The position numbers and the translations under genes are program-made. Below the pieces are notes generated by a model, which saw nothing but the letters and a program-made list of their open reading frames with translations, was not told the DNA's origin and searched no databases. A stretch of DNA of 64,000 nt from an uncultured Haloferula sp. (GTDB lineage: Bacteria > Verrucomicrobiota > Verrucomicrobiia > Verrucomicrobiales > Akkermansiaceae), in the NCBI GenBank assembly GCA_965652295.1, contig CBFGTS010000006.1, positions 32,001 to 96,000 of the forward strand, given 5' to 3'. Positions 63,585-64,000 of the stretch are shown in pieces (position 1 is the stretch's first letter; each line of letters begins with the position of its first letter).

Positions 63585-64000
63585 GCGCCCGCCTGACCGT
63601 CGAAGAGCCCGCGCACCGAGGGCCGCTGCATCACCACGATCGTCATCACCCCGAGCGCCGTCCCGATCGGAATGTTGAGGCAGTTGAGGCACGCCACCAC
63701 GAACACAAAGGTCGGATGCCGCCGCTGCGACAGCGACCGCCCCGCAAGGAACACCATCACCGCCAACGTCCAGCCGATCACGATGATCAGGCTGCCGATC
63801 GCCACGAACAACCACCCGATCCGAGTCTCCGAGCCCCCGGGAGCCGCGGCAAATCTCCCCGACACCATCGCCAGGCCCATCACCACGTGGATCACCGGGA
63901 TTGACGCTCCGACCGCCACGATTCCCGCGTAAATGTAGTGGAAAATCACCAGCAACTTGATGTGCTCGGCGTCCCTTTGGCGGAGGAAGTAGTCCTCACC
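63569..64000 (-). CDS. Integral membrane hypothetical protein, 5' end outside the window
   Basis: Frame open to the window edge (GEDYFLRQRDAEHIKLLVIFHYI...); four hydrophobic segments; CLNIPIGTALG. Confidence 0.75.
   Translation of the reverse strand, partial: GEDYFLRQRDAEHIKLLVIFHYIYAGIVAVGASIPVIHVVMGLAMVSGRFAAAPGGSETRIGWLFVAIGSLIIVIGWTLAVMVFLAGRSLSQRRHPTFVFVVACLNCLNIPIGTALGVMTIVVMQRPSVRGLFDGQAGAYLTR

Overview
GC-rich bacterial chromosome segment, very likely Verrucomicrobiota (Luteolibacter/Haloferula-like). This is inferred from gene content: Planctomycete-type cytochrome c domains, a Verru_Chthon-A/PilX-like giant protein, a long GreA, an RsmA-Nudix fusion and a secreted PA14 protein. 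Most of it is core genome (uppS, NtrC-family regulator, hrpA, def, exbBD/tonB, rsmA, metG, prfC, cimA, uvrA, trpF, Zn/Mn ABC, thiC with TPP riboswitch, eno, greA, mtnP) plus glycoside hydrolases and secreted proteins. I saw no tRNA, rRNA, CRISPR array or transposase. Highlights: (1) two paralogous cassettes, ECF sigma / single-pass anti-sigma / protease-less secreted PDZ protein, each preceded by the motif AGACAA-N11-GGCG(T/G)C; (2) a degenerate MglA-like GTPase paired with a [SN]PF[AG]-repeat protein, downstream of a TonB/ExbBD module; (3) the same 7-bp repeat in-frame in hrpA and uvrA, plus several intergenic inverted 7/9-bp arrays; (4) a REP family with fully compensatory stem changes; (5) a TPP riboswitch with non-consensus core residues; (6) a RES toxin pseudogene missed by the ORF track; (7) a VanW-glycosyltransferase fusion coupled to a YafK/DpaA-like enzyme. 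All family calls come from motif recognition by eye, not database searches.
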